Assembly: GCF_009834535.1 (NCBI RefSeq)
Contig: NC_045708.1
Coordinates: 31,062,001-31,126,000 of the forward strand
Direction: 5' to 3'
From: Camelus ferus
Taxonomy: Eukaryota
Length of the DNA: 64,000 nucleotides
Part shown: positions 13,850-25,808 of the stretch, one piece after another
Numbering within the stretch: position 1 is the first letter of the stretch
Layout: each line of letters begins with the position of its first letter
Program-made: the position numbers and the translations under genes
The notes under the pieces: model-generated
Database searches by the model: none
Told to the model about the DNA's origin: nothing
Seen by the model: only the letters and a program-made list of their open reading frames with translations

Positions 13850-14545
13850 TTTTTATTGAAGTATAGTTAATGTTGTGTTAATTTCTGGTGTACAGCAAAG
13901 TGAATGAGTCACACATATATATACATATTCTTATATTGTTTTTCATTATGGGTTATTACAAGGTACTGAATATAATTCCCTGTGCTATACAGTATAAACC
14001 TGTTGTCTATCTATTTTATATATAGTAGTTTTGATCTGCTAATACCAAACTCCTCATTTATCCCTCCCCCCACCCTTTGGTAACCATAAGTTTGTTTTCT
14101 ATGTCTTTGAATCTGTTTATGGTTTGTAAATATGTTCATTTGTCTCATTTTTTTAGATTCCACATTTAAGTGATATCATGTGATATTTGTCTTTCTCTAT
14201 CTGACTTAATTTACTTATTANNNNNNNNNNNNNNNNNNNNNNNNNNNNNNNNNNNNNNNNNNNNNNNNNNNNNNNNNNNNNNNNNNNNNNNNNNNNNNNN
14301 NNNNNNNNNNNNNNNNNNNNNNNNNNNNNNNNNNNNNNNNNNNNNNNNNNNNNNNNNNNNNNNNNNNNNNNNNNNNNNNNNNNNNNNNNNNNNNNNNNNN
14401 NNNNNNNNNNNNNNNNNNNNNAAATTAGATTTTTCTCTGGATATATGCCCAGGAGTAGGATTGCTGGATCATATGGTAACGCTATTTTTAGTTTTGTGAG
14501 GAATCCCGATACTGTTCTTCATAATGGCTGTACCAAATTTCATTC
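13850..14545 (-). mobile_element. LINE-1 3' end spanning a 200-N gap (14221-14420)
   Basis: ttttattgaagtatagtt...ccctgtgctatacagt...ggtaaccataagtttgttttctatgtc...ggatatatgcccaggagtaggattgctggatcatatggta. Confidence 0.9.
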
Positions 14546-16599
14546 TAGGTGGGACTGTTTACCAGGCCTGATGCAGAATTAAGCTCTCTGGCTGTGGATC
14601 AAATTGTCGGGTGTCAGAGCTGAGCTCCACCACTTTAACCTTAGGAAGTATCAGTTTCCTCATCTGTAAAATGGGGATAACCATAATGAAACCTGCCTCA
14701 AGAGGCAGGGAGCCCATGACAAGGTGTCAGCACCTTTTCCTGGCACCTGTAAATGTTCAGTAACTGTTAGTCATTGTAATGGAGGTTTGTTGATGTTTCT
14801 GCTTGCAGTACTGGGTAAATTTCATTCTGACCAAGGTCAATAAAAGTCTGTTATGCTTTAAGTAGGTCCTGAGATTTGAACTACCTCTGTGGGGTGTCGA
14901 TTTCAGCTTCTGGTCTCACAGGGCTCCTAGGGGCCAAATGGCCTTTGCCAAGCAGTTTGTATAAAAGGGACATCACTCAAGCCTTGTTGGATTAACTGGG
15001 GCTTCCTTTAAAGAAGGGCTTGTTTTCAGAAGCTTTCTTTTTCCAGCAAGGAAAAAGAACACAATGGATTCCAAGTAATCTGCAGTCCTCATCACAGCTT
15101 GTCATGAACACCTGGCACGTCTTTTCAGCCGGGGGTGCAAACACACACACTCGCTTACTTGCTAACTTCAGGAATACAGTCCCAGCCTGATGTTCCGAAA
15201 GCATCTGCTGACAAACTTCCTCTCACTAGAGAGTTATTTCCTGGAAGAACAGCAAAAACTGTTTTTGAATTGACAATATGGCTTTAGTTGCTGCTGAAGT
15301 GAAAGTACCATTGTTACCAACTATTTACCTAAAAAAACAAAACAAAACAAAAACTTAAAAGAATTACTTTTTTTTTTTTTTTTTTTTGCTGATCAACATG
15401 AAGAATAATTTATTGGGAAAGTCATTTTCAGGGAAAGACAGGACTTAGGAATTAAAGTGTTGCTTAGTTCAACCAAAAGAAAACTGCATAGTGTTGGTTG
15501 GGCAGTATTTTACTTGGTTCTTCAAAAAGCAATTGTGACCAACAGAAGAGAGAGTTAAAGCACAGAGGCAATATATAAAGACACCAGCATTTGGGCTTAC
15601 ACATAACAAAGAAATATCTTAAATACTTTTCCAAATATTCTAGGAGCCAAGACACAAGGGCACGCTTTAGGAGAACAGAGGAATGTAATTGGGGGGGGGG
15701 GGGGAGTCATATTGAAACTACTCATTTCCTTTAAAATCACTGAGGGAAACAAAGCAGCATTCAGCTTTACACATTAACTTTAAACAGTTTACATATACTA
15801 GCTTGACTAAAATCCGAGAAGCAAAGATGGAATTCTCACTCTGTTTACTTTGAAAAACAATTACATGGACACCCAGGCAATCCGCCCTTGTCTGGCAGGT
15901 TTTCTTGGGAGGGGTCAGTCTCAGTTACTTAGAAGAGGACCAATTTGACATTCTTATTTAGATGGCCTTGATGTCAGTTTTGAGGGGCAACGTGGACAGA
16001 TTAATTTTCTTTCCCTCTGTTGACCCAGCCTTAAATTTCACAAACAGGGTTTTGTGTGCGTGCATCATTTGCATAGCAGTTTCACTCAGCCGGGTCTCAA
16101 TTCCATCACCATTTCTGCAAGAAGACGGTGGACGTTGTCTGCATAAAACATTAAATCGAATTCATGGGCACTTTCAGAAGAGCCTAAGAAATGTTTCCAC
16201 AAATACTTACACGCCACTGAAGACCATGGGAGACCATGGAAGGGGTAGAAATCAGTTTGTTGTCTGAGCCATTTGTTAAGGGAGGCTGGTGGAGCTTGGA
16301 GAGTCCAGCTTTTCCGTCTCTCTTAAACATGAGAATCACTTGGATGAAGATGGATCCCGTCCATGGGAGTGACCACAGGAAATGGGCCTTTACTTTTCTA
16401 AGAGAAAAGTCAAGAAAATAATGTCTTGACTAGTTTGCTGCTGAGACTCCCTCCAAAGTGGTACTTCATGTTGCAACCAGACACGCACGCTCCTGAGTTC
16501 TCTCAGGTGTACTAGGATGCTTTTTGCGTGTTTTCAAACTGAGGAAATAAATATGAGGAGCTGAATTACTGTTATTTCAAATTAATTTTATTTTATTCT

Positions 16600-17140
16600 C
16601 AAATAAGTAATACGGGTCACAGATCAGAAAAAGAAGACACACAGTGAAAGTTCTCACTCCCACCCCCCTGCTCCCATCTTATTCCTATCACCCCAAGTAA
16701 TAACATTTTAAAATTAATTTCTGTTGTATCTTTCCAGTTTCTTTATGCAAATACAAAGAGTATGAGTATATATTCTCATTTTCTCCTTTCTTAGACAAAA
16801 GCCAACATACCATACACACTGCATTGTAATTTTTTTCACTTACTAACTAGTGTCTTGGAGAGCTTTTTAAAATCAGTATGCAGACAGAGTTTCTCCAACC
16901 ATTTTTACAGCTGTATAATAGTCCCTCATACGGCTACATCAAAATTTATTTAACCATGGACTTTAGTTAATAATAATGTAATAAGTAATGGTTCATTACT
17001 TGTGGCAAATAGATCATACTAATGTAAGATACTGGTAATAGGGGAAACTGGCTCTAGGATATATGGGAACTCTCTGTACTATCATCTAAATTTTTCTGTA
17101 AACCTAAAACTCTTCTAAAAAATAGAATCTATTAAAAATT
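16600..17140. mobile_element. Adjacent old L1 fragments (L1ME-like on minus, L1MC-like 3' end on plus)
   Basis: AT-rich L1M phrases; 16975-17140 contains actaatgtaagat...ggggaaactgg...atatgggaactctctgtactatc...ttttctgtaaacctaaaact. Confidence 0.65.
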
Positions 17141-18655
17141 AAAAGCACTGCCCCCTCAGCTCAGGAGAAAAGATCCATAGGTGCCTATGGGCTATGACTG
17201 CAGGCAGTACCAGCCACTACCCCATTGCCCTGGGACGGAGGAAGCCAGCCGGGCACCGCCAGCCCCATTCCTGACTTCTCCACATGGTCAGAATAAAAGG
17301 TCAGGCAGTCCCTTGATTTAAACCTGGGATAAGAGAAAGGGAAATTTCCCCCAGGACCACCATCATCTGAAGTCCCAACTAAGTGGGGCCTTGGCCAGCC
17401 AGCCGTCATCCCTAAGAGTGAGCCCCACCCAGCCTCCTGCCCACTACACAGCCTGGTCTCCTGCTCCCCCTTCCCCCAGTTTCCCCCTCCCCACTCCCCA
17501 GCCTCCACTCACAGAAGAGAATGGCAGAGGCCAGATGGAGGATGGGGAACAGTTCAACACGGAGAAGAGAAGTCCCCAGCCCCAAATAAGCAAATATAAC
17601 AGGTCTCCCATGGTCTGGGGTCCTCTGAGCACCCAGAGGTCAAGTAAGACACCCACTGGTCACACTCGACAAAGGAGGCCAGCACAGCCACCCTAACGCC
17701 ACCTCCCTGCCTTTATTTTGAAGATCTGTCTTTCCTATCATCACCCCAAGAGAGCTTAGAACCACTCTGTAGGAAAGACAGAATTCCATTTTGAGTTAGT
17801 TTAGGAGTCTTGATGTGTTACAATGTGTACATGGTACACGGGTCAGGGAGGCCGGTATTGGAAATGCCCAGTGCAGGGTCCTTAGATGCCTGCATCTCTG
17901 TAAAGAAACAGTGTGTTCTGAATGATGAAGGGGAAAAGGAGTATACCCTTATAGGTGACCCTCCCAAAACCCTAGTGGACTTCCTCATCTCCTGTGGCCT
18001 TGCCACTCCCACTCCCACTCCCACAGCCATAGACTCTGCCATAAACCCAGAAATGCTCTCCGGGTCTCCCTGCTATCTGAGAGCACGGCGTTCCTACAAA
18101 AGCTTTAAGCTGAAATGGCAGAGCGAAGAAGCAATTACCTTAGGACACATCTTGCTAACGGGTGCACAAAATAAATCAAGATTAAGCACAGATGCTTACA
18201 GACACAGTTCAAAGCTCTGGTGGCTTGATGCTGAGATGTCGAGTGTAGTTTCCAGGGAAAGAGCTTGGTGGTCCACCACTCTAGCTGCTCACGGTGCGAG
18301 CTGCCTCTATAACAACTCCCTACAAAACAGACATTGAATAATATTTTCGTTTTTCAGCTTTTTTCATAAAAAGCAAAAATCCTCCTCGGCTTTTTTTGGC
18401 TAGCAAAAACAGGTACTAATGCAGGTCTCTCGTAAAAGCCAAGTGGCATAAAGCAAAAAAGTGATAACTGTAACTCTCAAATTCAGACCTTGGTTCTGAC
18501 TTCACCCATCTATTCCCCCAGCCCTCTTTGTCTGTTGCCTCATTAGACTAACGCTACTCAAAATGCAGCCAGTGGCCCAGCGCTAGTCTGACAACCATCA
18601 CAAAGAGGGAAGGGCTAAAACCTTGGTTTCACTTAACCCCCCTAGAGAAGGACTA

Positions 18656-19779
18656 TGCTATGATCTGAGTATTTGCATCCCCCAAAGTTCATGTTGAAAT
18701 CCTAATGCCCAACTGTGATGATGGTATTAGGAGGTGGGAGCCTTTGGGGGATGATTCGATCACAAGGGCAAAATTGCAGGTGTACCTCATTGTATTGCGC
18801 TCATTACATNNNNNNNNNNNNNNNNNNNNNNNNNNNNNNNNNNNNNNNNNNNNNNNNNNNNNNNNNNNNNNNNNNNNNNNNNNNNNNNNNNNNNNNNNNN
18901 NNNNNNNNNNNNNNNNNNNNNNNNNNNNNNNNNNNNNNNNNNNNNNNNNNNNNNNNNNNNNNNNNNNNNNNNNNNNNNNNNNNNNNNNNNNNNNNNNNNN
19001 NNNNNNNNNNNNNNNNNNNNNNNNNNNNNNNNNNNNNNNNNNGCACCCATATAGGAAGGCAAAGTCNNNNNNNNNNNNNNNNNNNNNNNNNNNNNNNNNN
19101 NNNNNNNNNNNNNNNNNNNNNNNNNNNNNNNNNNNNNNNNNNNNNNNNNNNNNNNNNNNNNNNNNNNNNNNNNNNNNNNNNNNNNNNNNNNNNNNNNNNN
19201 NNNNNNNNNNNNNNNNNNNNNNNNNNNNNNNNNNNNNNNNNNNNNNNNNNNNNNNNNNNNNNNNNNNNNNNNNNNNNNNNNNNNNNNNNNNNNNNNNNNN
19301 NNNNNNNNNNNNNNNNNNNNNNNNNNNNNNNNNNNNNNNNNNNNNNNNNNNNNNNNNNNNNNNNNNNNNNNNNNGATGGGTAGCATTTTTTAGCAAATAA
19401 AAAAATTTTTAATGAAGGGATGTACATTGTTTTTTAGAGGTAATGCTATTGCACACTTAGGAGACTACAGTGTAAGTGTAAATGTAACTTTTACACACAC
19501 TGGGAAAACAAAAAATTCGTGTGACTCGCTTTATTGCATTCTTCATTTTACTACGGGAGTCTGAAACTGAACCCGCAGTTTATAAAAGGACACCTGAGAG
19601 AGCTCACTTGCCCTTCTGCCCTGTAAGGACCTGTGACCTGGAAGCAGGCCCTCACCTGCCCATGCTAGCCCCCTGAGCTCAGACTTCCAGCCTCCAAAAC
19701 TGTCAGAGAGAAATGTGTGTTGTTTACAAGCCACCCAGTCAGTGGCGTTCTGTTCTGGCAGCCCGAAGGCACCGAGGCA
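18656..19779 (+). mobile_element. MLT1 (ERVL-MaLR) solo LTR split by a Tigger1-derived insertion
   Basis: Starts tgctatg...ccccaaagttcatgttgaaatcctaa, resumes ataaaagg...gagagctc at ~19580, and ends ...gcagcccgaa...ggca. Flanked by gacta/gactg (4/5 target-site duplication). Confidence 0.8.
18777..19578 (+). mobile_element. Internally deleted Tigger1-family DNA transposon (mostly N gap)
   Basis: Left end caggtgtacctcattgtattgcgc, internal island gcacccatataggaaggcaaa, right part tgggaaaacaaaaaattcgtgtgactcgctttattgc...gaacccgca. Confidence 0.8.
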
Positions 19780-22099
19780 GACTGCTTCTCCAAAAGCAGC
19801 AGCCCCAAAGCTACAGGTTAGCTAGGAAATTACACAACCATGTTCAGTATCGCTTGATACCATCAAACAAACACAGATATCTTGTGCTCCACAGCCCACA
19901 GTGGAACATGAAGCTATCCCCACGGGTCTTGAAGGTTCCAAAATCACATGTCCTTTTCCAGGTGTTATAAGCCAAGGATTTTATCACCTTTCCTTTGCAG
20001 GTCCAACTGCAGGCTTCTTCCCGGCAACATTCCAATTGAAGGTGACTAAAATTTGGCCTCTGGAAAGTAAATTGGCACGGGGAGTTTACTAAAATCTCTG
20101 CTTCAGTGTTCCACAAGGAGGCCTGGCTGCCCTGAACCCCTGGCCACCCGGCCAAGCTCCTGTATGTGCCCACGTGCCAAAAGCTGGAATGCCCACAATT
20201 TGTAAGAAGGTGGCTTTCGCGGCAGTGAATTGTGAGCCTGGTGTGGTCAGTCATATTGCTATTCTTGCCTGCCTTCTTTTTTAAATAATTACCTTTACTT
20301 TAACTCTCTCATTATCAGCTTAGTTTGTTTGGGGTTGGAGAATAGACCTCACAATGTGCAGAACTGCATACCTGCATTAACTTTATTCTTGGTCTGTAAA
20401 CTTCCAGTGACTGAGCCTTTCAGATATGCATTACAGTTCAAGTATTCCTATTGCCATAGCAGATGTATACACAGCCCACTCAAAGTTTGTTTGTGCAGTG
20501 GTAGTTCCTTTGTGACATGCTGTTTGCAAACGGGGTGCTATTTAAATTACTTGCAACACAGTCTCAACACATGTAAAAATACACTTTTACACTTATAGGA
20601 CACTGTTTTATAATACAAACCCTTGTATACAAATTCTGCAAGATGTGCATTGTGTTTATCTACGCTTCCTACTGAGTTGTGTTTCCCAGTGGAATGTGGG
20701 GAGGGCAGAGGGGCCTGTGGTCTTTGTCACTATAGTGTTACAGGGTCTTAAACTTTATTTGGAGCAGTATCTGTCATTTTCTAGAACAGATGCTGTCCAA
20801 GTGCTCTCCCTACATGTGCAAAATGACATCAGGCCCACCAGGTGTTCCCAGAACCAAGGGGCTGGTTCCACAAAAGTGGCCTCTGCCTACAACCCCGCCA
20901 GACAAACTGCCCCAGCATTTCCCAGCTCCTTTCTCATGTCAGAGTCAAAGGTCTTGGCACCAAGATGAGCTGAAGACTAAGGTATCAACCACCTGACTCC
21001 CACCTGAGTCGTGTCCACAGAAAGGTCTTCCCAGCCTCACGCTGAGAAACGGGGTGTCTGTGGGCCTATCTTGTGGGGGTGGGGTGGGGCGGGGGTCTTC
21101 TCTGATCCGTTTTTCATGCCACAACAGGAGTTAAAATCTCCCCTGGGACTTCTCAGAGATTTTCAAAAGAGCCCCAGACCTCCATCAGCTCAACCAGGCT
21201 GTAGGAGCCCAGCTTCCCCAGAATAGAGAACTAGAACCTGGTGGGTCTAGAGGAGAGTCCAGACTTCACCAAAGAACAGGCTCTGGGAAGATGTCCCAGC
21301 CCCAAAGGGAGGGCTTGGACTCCCAAGCCAGTCACCTGAGCTGCCACCAAGTCTCACCCCACCCCCACCACTCCATTCCAGACCAGGGGAGCCACAGGTC
21401 TCACCAGCGAGCCCTGGCCACCTGCCGGCTCCAACTGCTCCCTGCAAGGACAGACCCCCGCACAGGCGTTCCAGACCCATGGGCCATGTTCTACTCTGGG
21501 AACTGCCAGTGAGAGACAAGCGGCACAGCAGAGGCAAGATGAACCGAGCCTTTGAGCTTCTGTCAAGGGGCTGGGACTGCTCCCAGGCTGTTGTCAGCCC
21601 TCAAGAGTGTGCACGCTCCCTGGGTGGACCTTCCGCTGCCCCGGTGCCCAGGGATAATGACCACAGGTGACAATGCACTAAAGTCTCTGTTAGTGGCTTA
21701 AGCTAAGGACTGTAAACAAAAGAGACTCACTTCCTTTGCGTTCCCTTGGGTCTGCTTAGTGTGAGCCCTTGAGGAGCAACTAAGCCAGAAGTTCAAGTCC
21801 CAGCCTCGCCATGACCTCAGAGAACCCTCAGGCACTGCAGGCCTCGGTTTTCCCATCTGTGAAATGAGTTACACACGATTGAATCAAAGGGTGTTTCTGG
21901 GTGTGAGTTTTTTTGTTCCTTTGTGTACATTGCTGGGCCCACAAGGATCCTTATGTTACATACATGAACTGCTCTCTAGGACATGCATGTAACCATGTCC
22001 GGGGGCGCAGTTCATGTATGTAACAAAAGGATCCTTGGGGCGCACACATGAGGAATTGTGTGTACATGCTGGGGGAGGGCAGACCCCAGAACAATATCC

Positions 22100-22518
22100 T
22101 CCCCCCATCCCATCTCAATAGGAGGAAGCCACTGGCTTCCTCCCTTTCCTGCCTCCTGCCTCCTGTGCACTGGCAAGACTGAGGACCACAGGGAGAAGAG
22201 GCGAAGGGAAACAGTCCAACAGTCCCCAGGTCTGTCCTTGCCACAACCCTCCCCCCACCTCCAGTGATCCCACTCCTGGGCCTTCCAGGCCACACCCATC
22301 CCCAGCCTCGTGGGGGCCGGGCTAGGGGGGCCTAGAGGCCTAGAAGCAGGATAAGGCCTCCCCACCCCTCTCCCCTGCCCCCCCTCCCACTCAAGCTAAC
22401 TCATTTCCTCTTCCTCCCCAGAACCAACACACACTGACAGCACAGGCTGAGAAGCCAGACCCAGAGCGACTGACCGTGGGCCTACGTGTCCTGGACTGGC
22501 CTGGTCAGCCGCTGGAGT
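22100..22518 (+). promoter_or_regulatory. TIE1: TIE1 proximal promoter and 5' UTR
   Basis: Immediately upstream of the TIE1 ATG, no obvious TATA box, multiple GGAA/TTCC ETS cores (e.g. tttcctcttcctcc ~22405-22418) and GATAA at 22350-22354. Confidence 0.7.
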
Positions 22519-22576
22519 ATGGTCTGGCTGGGGCCTCCTTTGCTGCTCTCCATCTTCTTCCTGGCTTCTCATGTTG
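22519..22576 (+). CDS. TIE1: TIE1 exon 1 (signal peptide)
   Basis: MVWLGPPLLLSIFFLASHV(G), then G|gtaag; 58 nt. Confidence 0.95.
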
Positions 22577-25259
22577 GTAAGTCTCCCCACGCCCCGGCCC
22601 CCCTGCCCTCATGGCCTTGACTTTCCCCCCGCCCCCAGGAAACCCTATCAACATTGCCATCAACTTCATCCACACCCTGACCCACTAGAAAGTGGGATCT
22701 GGGCCCGGAAAACCCAGGCAGGCACTAGGGATTGTGGGAGGGGAGGGAAGGAGTCCTTGACTGTGTTGAATTTTAACATCAGTGGGGAGAAGCTGGGCCC
22801 CTGGGCCCCACGAGGTTTTCATTGGAGGCTCCTATGGCCAGTGTGTGGGACTCACTCAGTTATTCATTTGACAGACATTGAGCAAGCACCAACAATATTC
22901 CAGGAGCTGTGCTAAGTGGAGGGCCATTGGTTGAGAGGCAGACAGCCTCTAGATCCTTATGATAGATTAAGTGATGCCGACTTCCTATGGCTGTTAGGGG
23001 TTTACATGGGGTAATTTACACAAAGCACTTGGTAAGGGCTTCTGAATAACCGATTCCTTCACTAACCTGCCCAAGAGGATTAAAACACAAATGCTTCCTT
23101 TGAGTGGTTCATGGTCTACTGGAGGGGCACGGGACACGGGATGAGGACTGAACAGATAGACACAAGGAGCTCCATCCAGAGGAGCACTGAGTAGTCAGCT
23201 TACTCTGCTTCAGGGTAATAGATGGAAAGGGAGTTGGGAGAGACTCCACTAAGAGGGATGGTCTTCATTCCAGGCAGCCAGAACAATAGATGCAAGTCTC
23301 CGAGGCACAGAAGTGCACAGGAGAGAAAGTTCCTGAAGGGGCCGCAGCAGGTGGGGTGGTGTGAGCAGCAAGGGGGCTCAAAAACAAGCACTGCATCCTG
23401 AGGGCAATGGGGAGCCATGAGAGGTGATAGTCCAAGAGACACAAGGTCTTCGATGGATTCATTTGGAGAATGAATTGAGGAAGGAGGGATGTGGCTGTCA
23501 GGATGGTCCCAGGGAGTAAGGATGAGCATTTACAAGGGTGGGCTTGGAGATGGGGATGAAGTCAAAATGCTTTGAGGAAAGAGAGTTTGCAGAATTCTTT
23601 GTGACTGATTGGGGCAGCCAGCATAATGCTTCATCGTTTGGACTTTACAGAGTCAGAAAACCTGGCTGTACCAGTTACTAATCTTATATGACCTTGGGCA
23701 TATAAGTTATTTCTCTGAACCTTCCATTCACTGGCTATGAAATTAAGATAATAACACCCACCTCCCAGGATAGTTGGGATGATAAAATGAGAGAACATAA
23801 GTAAAGTACCTGGCATATAACTGACCTCCAATAAACATTAATTATGACAGCAAGAGTATGAGATGACTTTGGAGTTTGTATCTTGGGTGGTTTTTGCCGT
23901 ATGCTGAGACAGGGCACACAGGAGAGGAGCAGGTTTGGGGAGAACTGATGGAAATGCAGGCCTGAGCTGAAAGCCCGGGTAGGAGGCGAATTTGCTAGAG
24001 GAAGTCTGGAAAATAATCATTACCCACCTATGTGAATGGAAAGACCTCAAATTCTGGAGGGTGTGAGCATCCAACGGAAAACAGGTGCTCAGCACACAAC
24101 AGGTAGTCAGCTAATGCTACCTTCATTTACTCATGGCCTGGCTCTCAAAGAGCATCGACTGATAAGCTAAGTAGCATTTAAGCTAACTAACTATTTAGCA
24201 GTGAACAGGGACAGAGTAGGAGGGGCTCAGGAAGATGTGGGGTCCCAGGGCTGAGGAGGCTCGCAGAGCTCAGCACAGGCCTGGACCCCAGCTCTACTCA
24301 GCCTCTCCCTGCTCCAGCCTCACGCTGGTGCCCCAGCCATGCCGCGCTGAACTTGGACATCCCCTGTCCACACCGTGGTCTTTCTCATTCCACACCTGTA
24401 CTCAGGATATGTCCTTAGCCTAGAATGGCCATCCTACCACTGACCTCTCCCTGTCCCCATTCCTACCCTTCACTGTACTCTGCTCTGCTCTCCCAGGAGG
24501 CACCTCTTCACCCCCTGCCTCCCCCAAGGTAGGTTACATGTCCCTTCTCAGCACTCCCTGCACAGTGCCCTGCATTTGACAGGCACATCCATGTCTGTCT
24601 CCCCACTGGGACTGGGAGCTCTTTGGAAGACCAAGAGCAAGGATCATCTCCTGTCTCTGTGTGTGTTGGCCCCAAGTCTGCCCCTGGGCCTGCCCTCCCT
24701 GCTTCTGGCCTTTTGCTGGACCCAGGGATCTCTTCCTTTCTGCACCCTCACCACCTGGCTACAGAATTCTGCCTCTCTCGCCTTAAATCCTAGCACAGCA
24801 AACAAGTCTAGATTTCCAGAGTGTCAGGGAGGGGTCCCACCAAGACACTTCTGTTCTCTGGGGCTCTCCTAGCCTGCACCCTCATGATGAGGGGTGCAGG
24901 GGCAGGGCAGTGTGAGCAGCTCCCATTTGCAGAGTGTTGTAGAGACAGGTCAGGAAAGGGAACTGCCAGGAATAAAGTGAGGAAATGGAGACGGAGAGCA
25001 TAGATCATTCTTTCTTTCCGAAGGCTGGGCTGTCCAGGGAAGCCATCTGGCAGGAGAAGAGAGAGGATGAGGCCAGAGAAGGGGCTTTGTTTTCCTTTTT
25101 GTTCTTTTAGGACTAAGCAAGTTGAGGGAAAGGGGGCAGTACACGGGAAAGGGGAAAGGGACAGGAAGGGAGTGGGGTGGCCTGTGCCTGATAAGTGCGG
25201 AGTCTTGGGGCGGGGGGAGGGGGGACGAGAGGGGGAGGGCAGGGCAGGGGTGAAGGCGG

Positions 25260-25790
25260 GACCTCGCCAGCTCAGAGGATGTTGGTGTCTCGTCCTAGGC
25301 GCGGCGGTGGACCTGACGCTGTTGGCTGACCTGCGCCTGACCGAGCCCCAGCGCTTCTTCCTGACCTGTGTGTCCGGGGAGGCTGGGGTGGGCAGAGGCT
25401 CGGACGCCTGGGGGCCCCCGCTGCTGCTGGAGAAGGACGACCGCATCGTGCGCTCGCCCCGGCCCTGGCAGCCCCTGCACCTGGACCGCAACGGCTCGCG
25501 CCAGGTGACACTGCGCGGCTTCTCGCAGCCCTCGGACCTGGTGGGCGTCTTCTCCTGCGTGGGCGGCGCGGGGGCTCGGCGCACGCGCGTCCTCTACGTG
25601 CACAACAGCCCCGGGGGTGAGTCTGGCCGCAGCCCGGGTTGGGTAGGGGGAGAGGGGGTTGTCCTGGACCCCTGACCCCGCCCTCCGCCCCCCGCAGCCC
25701 ACCTGCTCCCAGACAAGGTCACACACACGGTGAACAAGGGCGACACGGCTGTACTTGCCGCCCGCGTGCGCAAGGAGAAGCAGACAGATG
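25260..25790. promoter_or_regulatory. Intragenic CpG island over TIE1 exons 2-3
   Basis: Very high CpG density (gcgcggcgg, gggcggcgcg, cgcacgcgcg) compared with the flanks. Confidence 0.65.
25299..25616 (+). CDS. TIE1: TIE1 exon 2 (Ig1)
   Basis: cctag|GC...AVDLTLLADLRLTEPQRFFLTCVSGE...VHNSPG G|gtgag; 318 nt. Confidence 0.97.
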
Positions 25791-25808
25791 TGATCTGGAA
25801 AAGCAACG
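25698..25808 (+). CDS. TIE1: TIE1 exon 3
   Basis: cgcag|CC HLLPDKVTHTVNKGDTAVLAARVRKEKQTDVIWKSN G|gtgag; 111 nt. Confidence 0.97.

Noticed and set aside
15960-16140. Protein-like minus-strand stretch (...ETAMQMMHAHKTLFVKFKAGSTEGKKINL...)
   Set aside because: About 60 codons bounded by stops, and I recognise no homologue; insufficient to call a pseudogene CDS.
17810-18337. 175-aa ORF upstream of TIE1
   Set aside because: It starts at TTG, has no recognisable domain or splice context, and includes a simple (actccc)n repeat.
14170-19427. ORFs containing long X runs (also 36764-37311 and 45201-45897)
   Set aside because: Artefacts of translating across N gaps.
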